64,000 bases of DNA from IMG/VR virus record IMGVR_UViG_3300023174_000039, positions 186,001 to 250,000 of that record. One strand, written 5' to 3'. Numbering within the stretch: the first letter of the stretch is position 1; each line of letters begins with the position of its first letter. This document shows positions 43,406 through 53,054 of this stretch, in pieces. Both the position numbers and the translations under genes were made by a program. Under the pieces are notes generated by a model that saw only the letters and a list, made by a program, of their open reading frames with translations, was not told the DNA's origin and did not search any database.

Positions 43406-44105
43406 TGTTTGCGTGGACATTTACCAGTACGGCGTAGTTGATCGTATCAGTCCCGAGGCGCCTGTGCCGGTGTTTGTACCCACAAGAGAAGAAAGCACTA
43501 ATGGCATGGCTGCAAATGTAGCGGCTAATTTGGTTGCTCTTGGATGCGAAGTACTGGTGGCCAGTGGGCCGCCAGGGTCAAAGACACGACTGATTGATGA
43601 ACGTAGCCGGCAACAAATTGTTCGTATTGATAACGACTATATCAATGAGCCGTATCCATTAACCGACATGGATCTCAGTGTGTGCAGTGCTATAGTTGTT
43701 AGTGATTACAACAAGGGCAATGTAACCTATGAACTGATTGAAAATCTGCGCAAGACATACAAAGGGCCAATCTTTGTAGACACAAAGAAAACAGACCTTG
43801 CAAGACTAGCAGGTTGCATTGTGAAGATCAACAATAAAGAATTCAACGATGCCAAATCTGTGTGTGATGAATTGATTGTCACCCACGGGCGTAACGGTGC
43901 AGTATACAAAGGTCAAACATACCCTGCTGTGGAAATAGCAGTAACAGATGTATGCGGTGCTGGCGACACGTTCCTTGCTGCCTTATGCTATGAATATCTA
44001 AAATCCAACAACATGGATCTTGCAATAGAATTTGCAATTCGAGCCAGCGCCGTTACTGTACAACATATAGGTGTGTACGCCCCCACATTAGAGGAAATCA
44101 AATGA
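43347..44105 (+). CDS. PfkB-family heptose-7-phosphate kinase (HldA / RfaE domain I)
   Basis: VIGDVCVD..YG.VDRISPEAPVPV; SDYNKG; DVCGAGDTF. Confidence 0.9.
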   Translation: MIELNHTQPQEQFRILVIGDVCVDIYQYGVVDRISPEAPVPVFVPTREESTNGMAANVAANLVALGCEVLVASGPPGSKTRLIDERSRQQIVRIDNDYINEPYPLTDMDLSVCSAIVVSDYNKGNVTYELIENLRKTYKGPIFVDTKKTDLARLAGCIVKINNKEFNDAKSVCDELIVTHGRNGAVYKGQTYPAVEIAVTDVCGAGDTFLAALCYEYLKSNNMDLAIEFAIRASAVTVQHIGVYAPTLEEIK

Positions 44106-44458
44106 GACTAGAAGGCTTTGTAGAAAAAGGATGGGGCTCAGAACATATCTGGGCCACTAACGACTTGTACTGTGGCAAACTTATGAAGTTTAACGAAGGT
44201 GCTCGATTCAGCATGCATTTCCATGCTGAAAAAGATGAAACATGGTACGTGTTAGATGGGTTGTTTCAGGTACGTTTTATAGAAACTCAAGATGCCAGCC
44301 AACATGATGCAATCTTAAAACCAGGTGCCACATGGCGCAACAGACCATTACAGCCACATCAATTGGTTTGTATAGAAGCTGGCACTATCATCGAAGTCAG
44401 TACACCAGATTCAGTAGAAGACAACTATCGTGTGGGCAAAGGAGACAGTCAAAAATGA
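44102..44458 (+). CDS. Cupin protein (mannose-6-P isomerase-like)
   Basis: KGWGSE, SMHFHAEKDETW, EVSTPD. Confidence 0.82.
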   Translation: MRLEGFVEKGWGSEHIWATNDLYCGKLMKFNEGARFSMHFHAEKDETWYVLDGLFQVRFIETQDASQHDAILKPGATWRNRPLQPHQLVCIEAGTIIEVSTPDSVEDNYRVGKGDSQK

Positions 44459-45231
44459 GAATTTTACTTACTGGCCATAAAGGCTTTATTGGATCAAACA
44501 TGTTGAAAGCCCTTGAAGGGCATGATGTTAGAACATATGAGTGGGGCGAGAATGAAGACAAGCTAGATACCAGAGGCCAAGATGTGTGTATTCACATTGG
44601 TGGCATATCCAGCACAACCGAACGAGATGTAGACAAAGTCATGCGACAAAATTATGATTTCAGTTGTCGCTTGCTGGATCGTTGCATGAATACAGGCACA
44701 CATTTTCAATATTCCAGTAGTGCCAGCGTGTACGGGTTGAACCAGGAGTTTCGTGAAGATTCTCCTGTGGATCCACGCACACCATACGCATGGTCAAAAT
44801 ACATGTTTGAACGATATGCACTCAAACGTCAGGAGTTTGGCGATAGTGCTGGTTACCGTATACAAGGTTTTAGATATTTCAATGTGTATGGTCCTAGAGA
44901 AGATCACAAAGGATCTCAAGCGAGCCCTTATCATCAATTTGAAAAACAAGCTAGAGAAACAGGACGCATACGTGTGTTTGAAGGCAGTAGAGACTATCAA
45001 AGAGACTTTGTGCCTGTGGATCAAATTATCCAAACTCATTTGGCATTTTTAAATGTCAAACAATCGGGTGTGTTCAATGTGGGCACTGGGCGTACCCAAA
45101 GCTTCTACGAAATTGCTGAACAATTTGGTGTGCCCATAGAAGAAATCCCCATGCCCGAACATCTAAAAACCAGTTACCAAATCTACACTTGTGCCGATAT
45201 GACTCGTACAAATCGAGCATTGGCAAGTTGA
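44455..45231 (+). CDS. hldD: ADP-L-glycero-D-manno-heptose-6-epimerase-like SDR
   Basis: TGHKGFIG, YSSSASVYG, YAWSK, FRYFNVYGPREDHKG, RDFV. Confidence 0.85.
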   Translation: MRILLTGHKGFIGSNMLKALEGHDVRTYEWGENEDKLDTRGQDVCIHIGGISSTTERDVDKVMRQNYDFSCRLLDRCMNTGTHFQYSSSASVYGLNQEFREDSPVDPRTPYAWSKYMFERYALKRQEFGDSAGYRIQGFRYFNVYGPREDHKGSQASPYHQFEKQARETGRIRVFEGSRDYQRDFVPVDQIIQTHLAFLNVKQSGVFNVGTGRTQSFYEIAEQFGVPIEEIPMPEHLKTSYQIYTCADMTRTNRALAS

Positions 45232-45275
45232 CAATATAGTTGTATTATTGTATAATAAGTCAAGAGAGGAACAAT

Positions 45276-45587
45276 GTGAGTAACGAACTAGCTAAATTCA
45301 TAAATTCGCGGCGTCGGCATAAAACTGATGTCAAGGTTGCTAGGCAAGTGAAAATTGCCAAAGCACATGGTCTTGGTTTTTACGACAAAGCAATCAGAGA
45401 ACCACATCGTTTAGCAAAGCATCATGCTATGGATTGCGGTCAACCCGGTTGTATGATGTGCGGTAATCCTCGCAAGACTCACAAGGACCGACTCACAGCT
45501 CAAGAAAAGCGTTTGTTCCAGGACTTGGAGCAGGTCACAGACAGACATTCAAATGGTTTAACAACGAAAGACAATGATGAAAATTGA
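45276..45587 (+). CDS. Basic conserved phage protein with a CxxPxCxxC Zn-binding-like motif
   Basis: GTG start after GAGAGGA; CGQPGCMMCGNPR; sigma70 promoter TTGACA 45228/TATAAT 45251. Confidence 0.75.
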   Translation: MSNELAKFINSRRRHKTDVKVARQVKIAKAHGLGFYDKAIREPHRLAKHHAMDCGQPGCMMCGNPRKTHKDRLTAQEKRLFQDLEQVTDRHSNGLTTKDNDEN

Positions 45588-45843
45588 ACATGATGCACGT
45601 GGTAGAACTGCCGGACTCACTAGCGAACATGCTGTTGAAGCATTAGGCAATCGATATGATTTGGTTCTAGTTGCCGCACAAAGAACAAGAGAACTACGTC
45701 GCGGACATGCCCCAAAGATTGTTACCAAGTACGGTCCAATGGTCACTGCTATATTAGAAATTGAAGAAGGCCTTGTGGGCAACGAGTACTTGCTCAAAGA
45801 AACTTTAGAAGATCGTCATCACCAAAAGCATCCGCGCCGTTAA
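45574..45843 (+). CDS. rpoZ: RNA polymerase omega subunit homologue
   Basis: AVEALGNRYDLVLVAAQRTRELRRG...VTAILEIEEG matches the omega core. Confidence 0.82.
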   Translation: MMKIEHDARGRTAGLTSEHAVEALGNRYDLVLVAAQRTRELRRGHAPKIVTKYGPMVTAILEIEEGLVGNEYLLKETLEDRHHQKHPRR

Positions 45844-45889
45844 CTAAATTGGCGATGTATGCTATGCATTTTTGTAAAAGGAGCACACA

Positions 45890-46477
45890 ATGCCGTCAGT
45901 ATTTTTAGTCAGCGATACACATTTTGGGCACGCCGGTGTATGTCGGTTCACACATCCTGATGATGCCACTGTGAAGTTGCGTCCTTGGGACAATGCCGAC
46001 GAGATGGACGAAGAGATGATCCGTCGATGGAACGACCGTGTGCGTCCCACTGACAAGGTCTATCACTTGGGAGATGTTGTGATCAACCGCAAGGCCTTGA
46101 AAACATTGCATCGCTTGAATGGGGACAAGGTGTTGATTCGTGGCAACCACGATATCTTTCCAGATGTTGAGTACCGTGAGTATTTTCGTGAGTTGCGAGC
46201 CTACCATGTCATGAACGGAATGATCTTGAGTCACATCCCAATCCATCCTGAATCATTGGGTCGGTTTGGCGTTAACATTCATGGTCACTTGCATGCCAGT
46301 CGTGTAAAAATGACTGACCCGTTTGGACATAGACCGCCCATGATTGACCCACGATATCATTGCGTGTGTGTGGAGCAAACTGACTTTACCCCTATCTTGT
46401 TTGAAGATGTTATCAAGCGTATCGAAGCCGAAGGTGGTACTGTTGGCTTTAAAAACGGCAACGGTCCCACAATGTAA
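45890..46477 (+). CDS. Calcineurin-like metallophosphoesterase
   Basis: SDTHFGH, HLGDV, RGNHD, SHIP, HGHLH. Confidence 0.92.
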   Translation: MPSVFLVSDTHFGHAGVCRFTHPDDATVKLRPWDNADEMDEEMIRRWNDRVRPTDKVYHLGDVVINRKALKTLHRLNGDKVLIRGNHDIFPDVEYREYFRELRAYHVMNGMILSHIPIHPESLGRFGVNIHGHLHASRVKMTDPFGHRPPMIDPRYHCVCVEQTDFTPILFEDVIKRIEAEGGTVGFKNGNGPTM

Positions 46478-46592
46478 TAAATACATTTGCAACGCCAGGT
46501 TCTTCTGACGTCGGATCAATTGACGCTTGACATAGTGATGTCTTTACTGTATTGTTAATACAGAACGCCTACCGTGTGTAGAGTTCCTCTAC
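46478..46592 (+). promoter_or_regulatory. TAAATA promoter plus multi-hairpin leader upstream of tctC
   Basis: GTTCT/AGAAC closes three hairpins: CGTC/GACG, GACAT/ATGTC and CTGTATT/AATACAG. Followed by GTAGAG/CTCTAC. Confidence 0.5.
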
Positions 46593-46619
46593 TAGCTCAA
46601 AAATCACAATTTTTAAAAT

Positions 46620-47540
46620 ATGAAAAATACACTCATAGCATTCGTGCTGACAGTATGCACTTCATTGTGCTTTTCGCAACCACGTGTGACACTTGTTGTA
46701 GGTGGTCCACCTGGCGGTCCTTCAGATGCATTTGGCCGTGCTACTGCAGATTATCTAAAAAGAGTCAACGACAGCAATATTGTTGTAAGCAACAAAGCAG
46801 GAGCCAGCGGCTTAATAGCATTGAGATCAACACTCGAGGATCCAGGATTCAACGTACTGGTCGCCAGCACAGGTCCTTTTGTGTTCAATCGAGTCATGAT
46901 TGACAAACTGGACATAGAGCCTTTACAGGAATTTGATGTGTTTGGTCCTGTTGTTAGAACTCCTATGGCCTTGGTCACACAAGGCAATGGCAAAATTAAA
47001 ACCATTGCCGATTGGAAAAAGCAAGACCACGTGGTGTGCGGAGTAACCAATCAAAGTGGAGCACTATGGGCCAGACTGTTGTTTAAAAAGATTGGCGTCC
47101 CATCAACCATAATCATGTACAAAGGGTCTCCACAGCTGATTCAAGATATATTGTCCAAAACACTGGACTGCGGGTTAGATTCATATCCCACATACACTTC
47201 GTTGCATACCAGCGAGCATATAAAAATTGTAGCAGTTGCCGACACACAACGTCCCAAAGATCATGCCACCATTCCCACAGTTAAAGAGCTAGGAGTAGAC
47301 TTTGAAGCATACAGTTGGTTTGGTATTGGTATACCCAACAAGTATCGTGGCACCGACGAATACAATAAGATTGCACGAGCATTGACTCAGATTCATTTGG
47401 ATTCTGAGTTTACAAACAAAATGAACCATCAAGGCTACAGAGCCGGTCGTATCGTCGACAACTACAATCGCACACTGCAACAGGACTACGAGTACTGGAA
47501 TTCTGTCAGACAGCAATTTAACCTAGAGCGCACACCGTGA
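46620..47540 (+). CDS. tctC: Tripartite tricarboxylate transporter substrate-binding protein (Bug/TctC)
   Basis: Signal peptide; VVGGPPGGPSDAFGR, NKAGASG, YKGSPQ, PTVKELG. Confidence 0.85.
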   Translation: MKNTLIAFVLTVCTSLCFSQPRVTLVVGGPPGGPSDAFGRATADYLKRVNDSNIVVSNKAGASGLIALRSTLEDPGFNVLVASTGPFVFNRVMIDKLDIEPLQEFDVFGPVVRTPMALVTQGNGKIKTIADWKKQDHVVCGVTNQSGALWARLLFKKIGVPSTIIMYKGSPQLIQDILSKTLDCGLDSYPTYTSLHTSEHIKIVAVADTQRPKDHATIPTVKELGVDFEAYSWFGIGIPNKYRGTDEYNKIARALTQIHLDSEFTNKMNHQGYRAGRIVDNYNRTLQQDYEYWNSVRQQFNLERTP

Positions 47541-48670
47541 TTTACAATGGCAACGTACAGGACTTTGGTTATTACCAAGTAGGGAACGAGCGCCACTACA
47601 GCAAAATATTGGCCATCATTGCCGCCGAACAAAATCATGAGTTTCCGTATTTTGTGTTTCATGATGATGTGTTTGGCAAATTTGATTGGTCCAAGGAACC
47701 AACAAAAAGTTTACCTCAACTGTATGCTGACCGTGCCTGGGAGATACGAAACAAATACGACTATGTGGTGTTGCATTACAGTAGTGGCAGCGACAGTCAA
47801 AACATTTTGGAAACGTTTATTGAAAACAAAATACCACTTGATGAAATTATCATGCGTGGTTCTCTCAAACACGTTGATCGAGATTTCAACAACAACTCCG
47901 CCGGGAACATGTTTGCCGAGGTACATTTCAATGCATATCCTCTGGCACAACATGTCAAGGACACTTACTATCCACATCTTAAGATTACGGTAGTAGATAG
48001 CACTGACTATATCATGGATTATTTTAAAGACAATCCCGATTGGTTTGATCTAAACGATAATCCAAATTCTTTTTTGAGTCCGTGCATGGTTGCAAGATCA
48101 GACTTTGATGCTCTGAGTGACGACTATAAAAAAATAACAGATTCAGGCAAGTCAATTGGGCATGTACTTGGTATTGACAAACCAATGCTGAATTACATAG
48201 ATGGAAAATTTGTAATAAGATTTTTGGACAAGTTTGTTAATTTATTTCTTCCTTCTAGAAGTACAGGATTAGATTTGCCCCTGTGCCGAGAAGCGTTCTA
48301 CTGGAGCCCAAGTTCTGCTCAGATGATCATAAAACAGGCTCATGTTATCAAGAACTACATCAAACAAAACAAACTAGATCCAAACATCCTTAACCAATCA
48401 CGTGATCGATCAACACATGACTTTATAGCAAACTTGATCTATGACCGAAAATTCAATGTTAAGTTTGTTACAGAAAAACTCAAAAACACCGGAATAATCT
48501 TTCCATATCATGAATTCTTCTTTAAGGATGCCACCAGTGACCACGTGATCAACTGGCGTCGCGGAATAACTGAGGCCAATGCAGTTATCCCTGACAAGTG
48601 GAAGCACAATGGTGACATTGTGAATGACCTAGTGGGTGTATGGAGTCGTCCGTACAACATAGGTACCTAG
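47537..48670 (+). CDS. PP-loop-like (adenine nucleotide alpha hydrolase) protein
   Basis: LHYSSGSDSQN; LGIDKP. Confidence 0.7.
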   Translation: MIYNGNVQDFGYYQVGNERHYSKILAIIAAEQNHEFPYFVFHDDVFGKFDWSKEPTKSLPQLYADRAWEIRNKYDYVVLHYSSGSDSQNILETFIENKIPLDEIIMRGSLKHVDRDFNNNSAGNMFAEVHFNAYPLAQHVKDTYYPHLKITVVDSTDYIMDYFKDNPDWFDLNDNPNSFLSPCMVARSDFDALSDDYKKITDSGKSIGHVLGIDKPMLNYIDGKFVIRFLDKFVNLFLPSRSTGLDLPLCREAFYWSPSSAQMIIKQAHVIKNYIKQNKLDPNILNQSRDRSTHDFIANLIYDRKFNVKFVTEKLKNTGIIFPYHEFFFKDATSDHVINWRRGITEANAVIPDKWKHNGDIVNDLVGVWSRPYNIGT

Positions 48671-48700
48671 TGTGTAGCACAACAACAGTTTTTGCCGCGG

Positions 48701-48729
48701 TTGACCATTAAATTGCTTTTTGCTATAAT
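48701..48729 (+). promoter_or_regulatory. Sigma70 early promoter
   Basis: TTGACC-17-TATAAT with TG extension. Confidence 0.82.
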
Positions 48730-48759
48730 ATGTGTATTGTAGTTAAAAAGGAGTTAGTT

Positions 48760-48945
48760 ATGAGTGCTATGAGCAATCTTGCCGTGGAAATCGACGGCAT
48801 GTTAGTTGAGGGCTATTTGCCCGTTACCATTGCCCGACTTCTTGATGTACCCATCAACTGGGTGTATGAAGTTGCGGATCCTTCTGAAATTCCTGTCAAC
48901 CTGGATGAAGAAGATTGTAGTCCTTTTGCAACAGTCAACAGTTGA
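48760..48945 (+). CDS. Small acidic early protein
   Basis: AAGGAG SD and ATG 48760. Confidence 0.72.
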   Translation: MSAMSNLAVEIDGMLVEGYLPVTIARLLDVPINWVYEVADPSEIPVNLDEEDCSPFATVNS

Positions 48946-49013
48946 CACAAATTTCGTGTTTTGCTACAATAGAAGCTTAGTTAGTTAATTTCAACCCTAG
49001 AAAGGCACAGCCC

Positions 49014-50096
49014 ATGTCAGATACCCGCACCGTCACAGCCGTACAGGCTCGTAAATCCTTGCTTAAAGCATTTAAAGTCCAACGTCCCTTGTTCTTGTGG
49101 GGTCCTCCAGGCATCGGTAAATCCGAGCTTGTGGAGAATATCACTCGAGATCTTGGTGGCTACATGATCGACCTGCGCTTGGGTCAGATGGAGCCCACAG
49201 ACATTCGTGGTATTCCGTTCTATAACAAGGACTCGGGCAAGATGGACTGGGCTCCCCCAGTAGAACTACCCGATGATGAACTGGCCAGCCAGTATCCTGT
49301 TGTGGTCCTGTTCCTAGACGAACTTAATAGTGCCGCACCCAGTGTCCAGAGCGCCGCTTATCAACTTATTTTGAACCGTCGTATTGGCAAATACAAGTTA
49401 CCAGACAATGTTGTAATGGTTGCCGCAGGTAATCGTGAGAGTGACAAAGGTGTTACTTATCGTATGCCTACTCCGCTTGCCAATCGTTTCATCCACCAAG
49501 AGATGAAAGTGGACTTTGCGTCTTGGCAAGAGTGGGCTGTTCTAAACAAGATCCACAAAGACGTTGTGGGTTATTTGAGTTTTGCCAAGCAAGACTTATA
49601 CGACTTTGATGCCAAGAGTGCCAGTCGTGCTTTTGCTACTCCACGTTCATGGAGTTTTGTAAGCGAGCTCTTAGATGACGAGTGCGACAACGACACCTTA
49701 ACCAACTTAATTGCTGGTACAGTAGGTGAAGGTCTTGCTGTTAAGTTTATGGCTCACCGCAAGGTTGCCAGCAAGATGCCTAATCCTTTAGACATCCTTA
49801 AAGGCAAGGTCAAGGACTTGAATGTCAAAGAGGTCAGTGCCATGTACAGTTTGGTGATCTCCATGTGCTACGAGCTCAAGGCCGCTGTGGAAAACAAGAC
49901 AGCAGACAAAGAGTTCCACGACATGGCAGATAACTTCCTGGGCTACATGATGAAGAACTTTGAGACAGAGTTGACAGTTATGGGTGCTCGTATTGCTCTT
50001 ACCACATACGACTTACCGTTCCTGCCTACCAAGCTCAAGAACTTTGATGAGTTCCATCAGCGTTTTGGTAAGTACATTTTGCAGGCATCCGCTTAA
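49014..50096 (+). CDS. MoxR-like AAA+ ATPase
   Basis: GPPGIGKS, LFLDE, AAGN, LANRF, ATPRSW; promoter TTGACA 48942/TACAAT 48965. Confidence 0.92.
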   Translation: MSDTRTVTAVQARKSLLKAFKVQRPLFLWGPPGIGKSELVENITRDLGGYMIDLRLGQMEPTDIRGIPFYNKDSGKMDWAPPVELPDDELASQYPVVVLFLDELNSAAPSVQSAAYQLILNRRIGKYKLPDNVVMVAAGNRESDKGVTYRMPTPLANRFIHQEMKVDFASWQEWAVLNKIHKDVVGYLSFAKQDLYDFDAKSASRAFATPRSWSFVSELLDDECDNDTLTNLIAGTVGEGLAVKFMAHRKVASKMPNPLDILKGKVKDLNVKEVSAMYSLVISMCYELKAAVENKTADKEFHDMADNFLGYMMKNFETELTVMGARIALTTYDLPFLPTKLKNFDEFHQRFGKYILQASA

Positions 50097-50213
50097 TTAA
50101 TTAGGAGGGTGGTGTTCAAAAAAACACAGGGCTGTGTCGCACTGCCCTCCTCTTTAACTTGACCAGTAAATTGCTCTTTGCTATAATACGTTATACAAAT
50201 TAGAAAGGCATAT

Positions 50214-51509
50214 ATGACATCTACTACTGCAACAAAAGAAGACAAGAAGAAGTTTGCCAACCTTCTAGGCAAAACAGATCCCAAACTTGACCGAGAAGTA
50301 CGAGAGATGCTTATCACTGCTCGTGTAGGCCTGTTGCTCAAGGCCAGTTTCTTTGGTAACTTGGCAACACGGTTGAAACTTGTTAACGCAGACGAGTGGT
50401 GCTCTACTGCCGCAACAGATGGCAGAAACTTCTATTACAATAGCCGCTTCATTAAAATGTTGCGTCCCAAAGAAATCGAATTCTTGTTTGGGCACGAGGT
50501 GCTACATTGTGTATATGACCACTTTGGACGTAGAGGTGAGCGAGATCACCAGTTGTTTAACATTGCCAATGACTATTGTGTAAACGCAGATTTGATCAAG
50601 CACCGTGTGGGTGAGAAGATCACTACAGTGCCTTGTTTGCACAATCCCAAGTATGATGGCATGAGCTCGGAAGAGATCTACGATATCTTGTACGAGAAGG
50701 CAGAGAAAATTGATGTGGGCAAGTTGTTGGATCAGATGATCGACGAGCACTTAGACGGCGAAGGCGATCCCGACGGTGATGGCGACAGTGATGGTGAGGA
50801 CGGCGACAAAAAAGGCAAGGGCCGACCAGTACTGACCCCAGAAGAGCGTCAGCAAATTAAAGACGAGATTAAGGAAGCCATGTTGGCGGCTGCCGCTACA
50901 GTAGACGGCGCAGGTAACTTGCCCGCAGGCGTTAAGCGTCTTATTAAAGAGCTCACAGAGCCCCAGATGAACTGGAGAGAACTGCTCCGTATGCAATTAG
51001 AGAGCACTATTAAGAGTGACTACACCTGGATGCGAGCAAGCCGCAAGGGCTGGCACATGGATGCTGTCATGCCTGGCATGAAGGTAGAGCCCATGATTGA
51101 TATTGCTGTGGCACTGGACGCTTCCGGCTCCATTAGCGAGACCATGCTAAAGGACTTCTTGGGTGAGATACAGGGTATCATGGACTCGTTCCCTGCATAC
51201 AAAATTCACGTTATTACTTTTGATACAGAGGCATATAACCCTGCACAATACGACAGTGACAACTTGGAAGACATTTGCGACTACGAGGTCAAAGGTGGCG
51301 GTGGTACAGACTTTGACTGTGTGTTTAACTACTTAAAGGCAGAGGAAATTGAGCCCAAGCGTCTTGTAGTGTTTACAGATGGCTACCCGTTTGGTAGCTG
51401 GGGAGACCCAGCCTATGCAGATACAGTTTGGATCTTGCATGGCACAAGAACTATTGAGCCGCCATTTGGGCAGTATGCGTATTATGGAGAGGACTTGGAT
51501 GACCATTGA
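50214..51509 (+). CDS. Metallopeptidase-like plus VWA-like protein (DUF2201 type)
   Basis: TAATDG, HEVLH (HEXXH), DASGS MIDAS, GGGGTDF, FTDG; promoter TTGACC 50159/TATAAT 50182. Confidence 0.9.
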   Translation: MTSTTATKEDKKKFANLLGKTDPKLDREVREMLITARVGLLLKASFFGNLATRLKLVNADEWCSTAATDGRNFYYNSRFIKMLRPKEIEFLFGHEVLHCVYDHFGRRGERDHQLFNIANDYCVNADLIKHRVGEKITTVPCLHNPKYDGMSSEEIYDILYEKAEKIDVGKLLDQMIDEHLDGEGDPDGDGDSDGEDGDKKGKGRPVLTPEERQQIKDEIKEAMLAAAATVDGAGNLPAGVKRLIKELTEPQMNWRELLRMQLESTIKSDYTWMRASRKGWHMDAVMPGMKVEPMIDIAVALDASGSISETMLKDFLGEIQGIMDSFPAYKIHVITFDTEAYNPAQYDSDNLEDICDYEVKGGGGTDFDCVFNYLKAEEIEPKRLVVFTDGYPFGSWGDPAYADTVWILHGTRTIEPPFGQYAYYGEDLDDH

Positions 51510-51696
51510 TAAAATCTCAGAGTGGAACACCCAAGTCTTTCAACGTAGCGAGATAAAGAAAACAGAGCAACGGCACAACGATGCCGTTACCGAGCAACAA
51601 AACATCAAGGCACGTCGAGAAGCAGATGAATTGAAACGTGTTGAGATGAACCGGTACATGAATCGTCCGGGACAGAATGTAGATAGGATGGCCTAA
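51499..51696 (+). CDS. Small hypothetical protein
   Basis: Likely start 51499; ends PGQNVDRMA. Confidence 0.65.
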   Translation: MTIDKISEWNTQVFQRSEIKKTEQRHNDAVTEQQNIKARREADELKRVEMNRYMNRPGQNVDRMA

Positions 51697-51830
51697 TGCA
51701 AGACTTTCTCAGTGCATTAAATTGGTTTGTGATGGGTGCCGCGGTAGGATACTGCTGGCATCCTATTTGGGAAATAGCCAAGAAGATTTTTACAGAGGCT
51801 CTTAAGGCCAGACAGGATTGGAAGCAATGA
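51696..51830 (+). CDS. 44-aa membrane peptide
   Basis: MQDFLSALNWFVMGAAVGYCWHPIWEIAKKIFTEALKARQDWKQ; TAATG coupling. Confidence 0.6.
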   Translation: MQDFLSALNWFVMGAAVGYCWHPIWEIAKKIFTEALKARQDWKQ

Positions 51831-52015
51831 CAGACCGTTTTGATTTTGAGCAACAAATTATGAGTTGCTGGGGCATGGTTGATGACGTCAAGTTGTTGGC
51901 CAAGCGAGGTGCAGGGAGTGCCGATTTTGAGGCATTGTCCGCTGTTTATCATCATAAGTTTGAAGAACTGTTTGAACAGTTTGAAACACTTGTACACGAA
52001 AGAAAACTAACATGA
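51827..52015 (+). CDS. Small hypothetical protein
   Basis: FDFEQQIMSCW; ATGA overlaps. Confidence 0.68.
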   Translation: MTDRFDFEQQIMSCWGMVDDVKLLAKRGAGSADFEALSAVYHHKFEELFEQFETLVHERKLT

Positions 52016-52191
52016 GTGCTTTTAGAACATGGTATATCACGCACCAAGATGCTATTACTTGGTTTATTATTGGGCTGTGCGTTGGGCAAGGCATTCATGA
52101 ACTTGCCGCAGGAAACTACACATCGGCTGCATTTAACTTTGCGGTTGCTGGCGTTAATTATTTCCTGTCAGGTTACAAGATGAAAATGTAA
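52012..52191 (+). CDS. 59-aa membrane protein
   Basis: Two hydrophobic segments, AITWFIIGLCVG and AAFNFAVAGVNYFL; coupled on both sides. Confidence 0.6.
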   Translation: MSAFRTWYITHQDAITWFIIGLCVGQGIHELAAGNYTSAAFNFAVAGVNYFLSGYKMKM

Positions 52192-52430
52192 TGGGCAATC
52201 AATCTGATTACTTTAATCGCATTGGCTATCAGCCAATTTGGTACATTGGTGATCGCGTGTTTGGTCACTGGAACAATATTCCGTTTGTTGGTACTGTGGG
52301 CAATGATACTGTGATCAATCACATTGAAGGTCCACGTATTACGGTGCATTTAGATTTGCCTATCAAACATAACGGTCAAGTGCATCATATTGTTGTGGTC
52401 ACACATAAGGATATCAAGGAATACAAGTGA
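52191..52430 (+). CDS. Small SH3-like hypothetical protein
   Basis: IGDRVFG.WNNIPFVGTV. Confidence 0.68.
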   Translation: MGNQSDYFNRIGYQPIWYIGDRVFGHWNNIPFVGTVGNDTVINHIEGPRITVHLDLPIKHNGQVHHIVVVTHKDIKEYK

Positions 52431-52666
52431 AAACTCGAGAAGAGATCATTCACTCAATGTGTGTGATGTACAGAGAAGATTATGAAGTGCCAAAAATAGC
52501 CACAGATCCACCTTGGGTACGTGGCATGACTGCATTAGAACGTCGTGGACTGTGGCGTGTGATGGAACAAATTTACGATATTAACATTAAACCAGTTTTG
52601 GAAAAGAAGTATGGAAACCAAACTACAGAATCTAGTAGAACAAGTAGGAACCGACGTAAGCGGTAA
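52427..52666 (+). CDS. Hypothetical protein
   Basis: GTGA overlap. Confidence 0.6.
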   Translation: MKTREEIIHSMCVMYREDYEVPKIATDPPWVRGMTALERRGLWRVMEQIYDINIKPVLEKKYGNQTTESSRTSRNRRKR

Positions 52667-52793
52667 ATGGATTGCAGTTGGCAAGATTGATCAACTGGCC
52701 AATTTAATTGTGAGAGAATGTATGTATAACTTGTATCTGAACGGATACGATGATGCAATGAACCAGCTTAAAGAGCATTTTGGGATCAAATAA
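52611..52793 (+). CDS. Hypothetical protein
   Basis: 60 aa; ANLIVREC. Confidence 0.55.
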   Translation: METKLQNLVEQVGTDVSGKWIAVGKIDQLANLIVRECMYNLYLNGYDDAMNQLKEHFGIK

Positions 52794-52829
52794 AAATCAC
52801 CACCAAGTATTTTCTCGTTAAATATTTGC

Positions 52830-53054
52830 ATGGAAAATACTCAACTAACAATCACTGACATGGTTTCTATCAAGAACATCATTGATGCGGCTTGCAATCG
52901 CGGTGCATTCAAAGCTGCCGAGATGAAGCATGTTGGCGAGCTATACGAAAAACTCGGTCACTTTATTGAGGCTGTGCAGGCGCAGGCTGTGCAGGGAACA
53001 ACATTCCCTACAAAAGAAGAAACTGCAAATCAACAAGGAGAAGCAAATGCTTAA
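52830..53054 (+). CDS. Small conserved phage protein
   Basis: TAAATA 52819-24, ATG 5 nt later; RGAFKAAEM. Confidence 0.75.
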   Translation: MENTQLTITDMVSIKNIIDAACNRGAFKAAEMKHVGELYEKLGHFIEAVQAQAVQGTTFPTKEETANQQGEANA

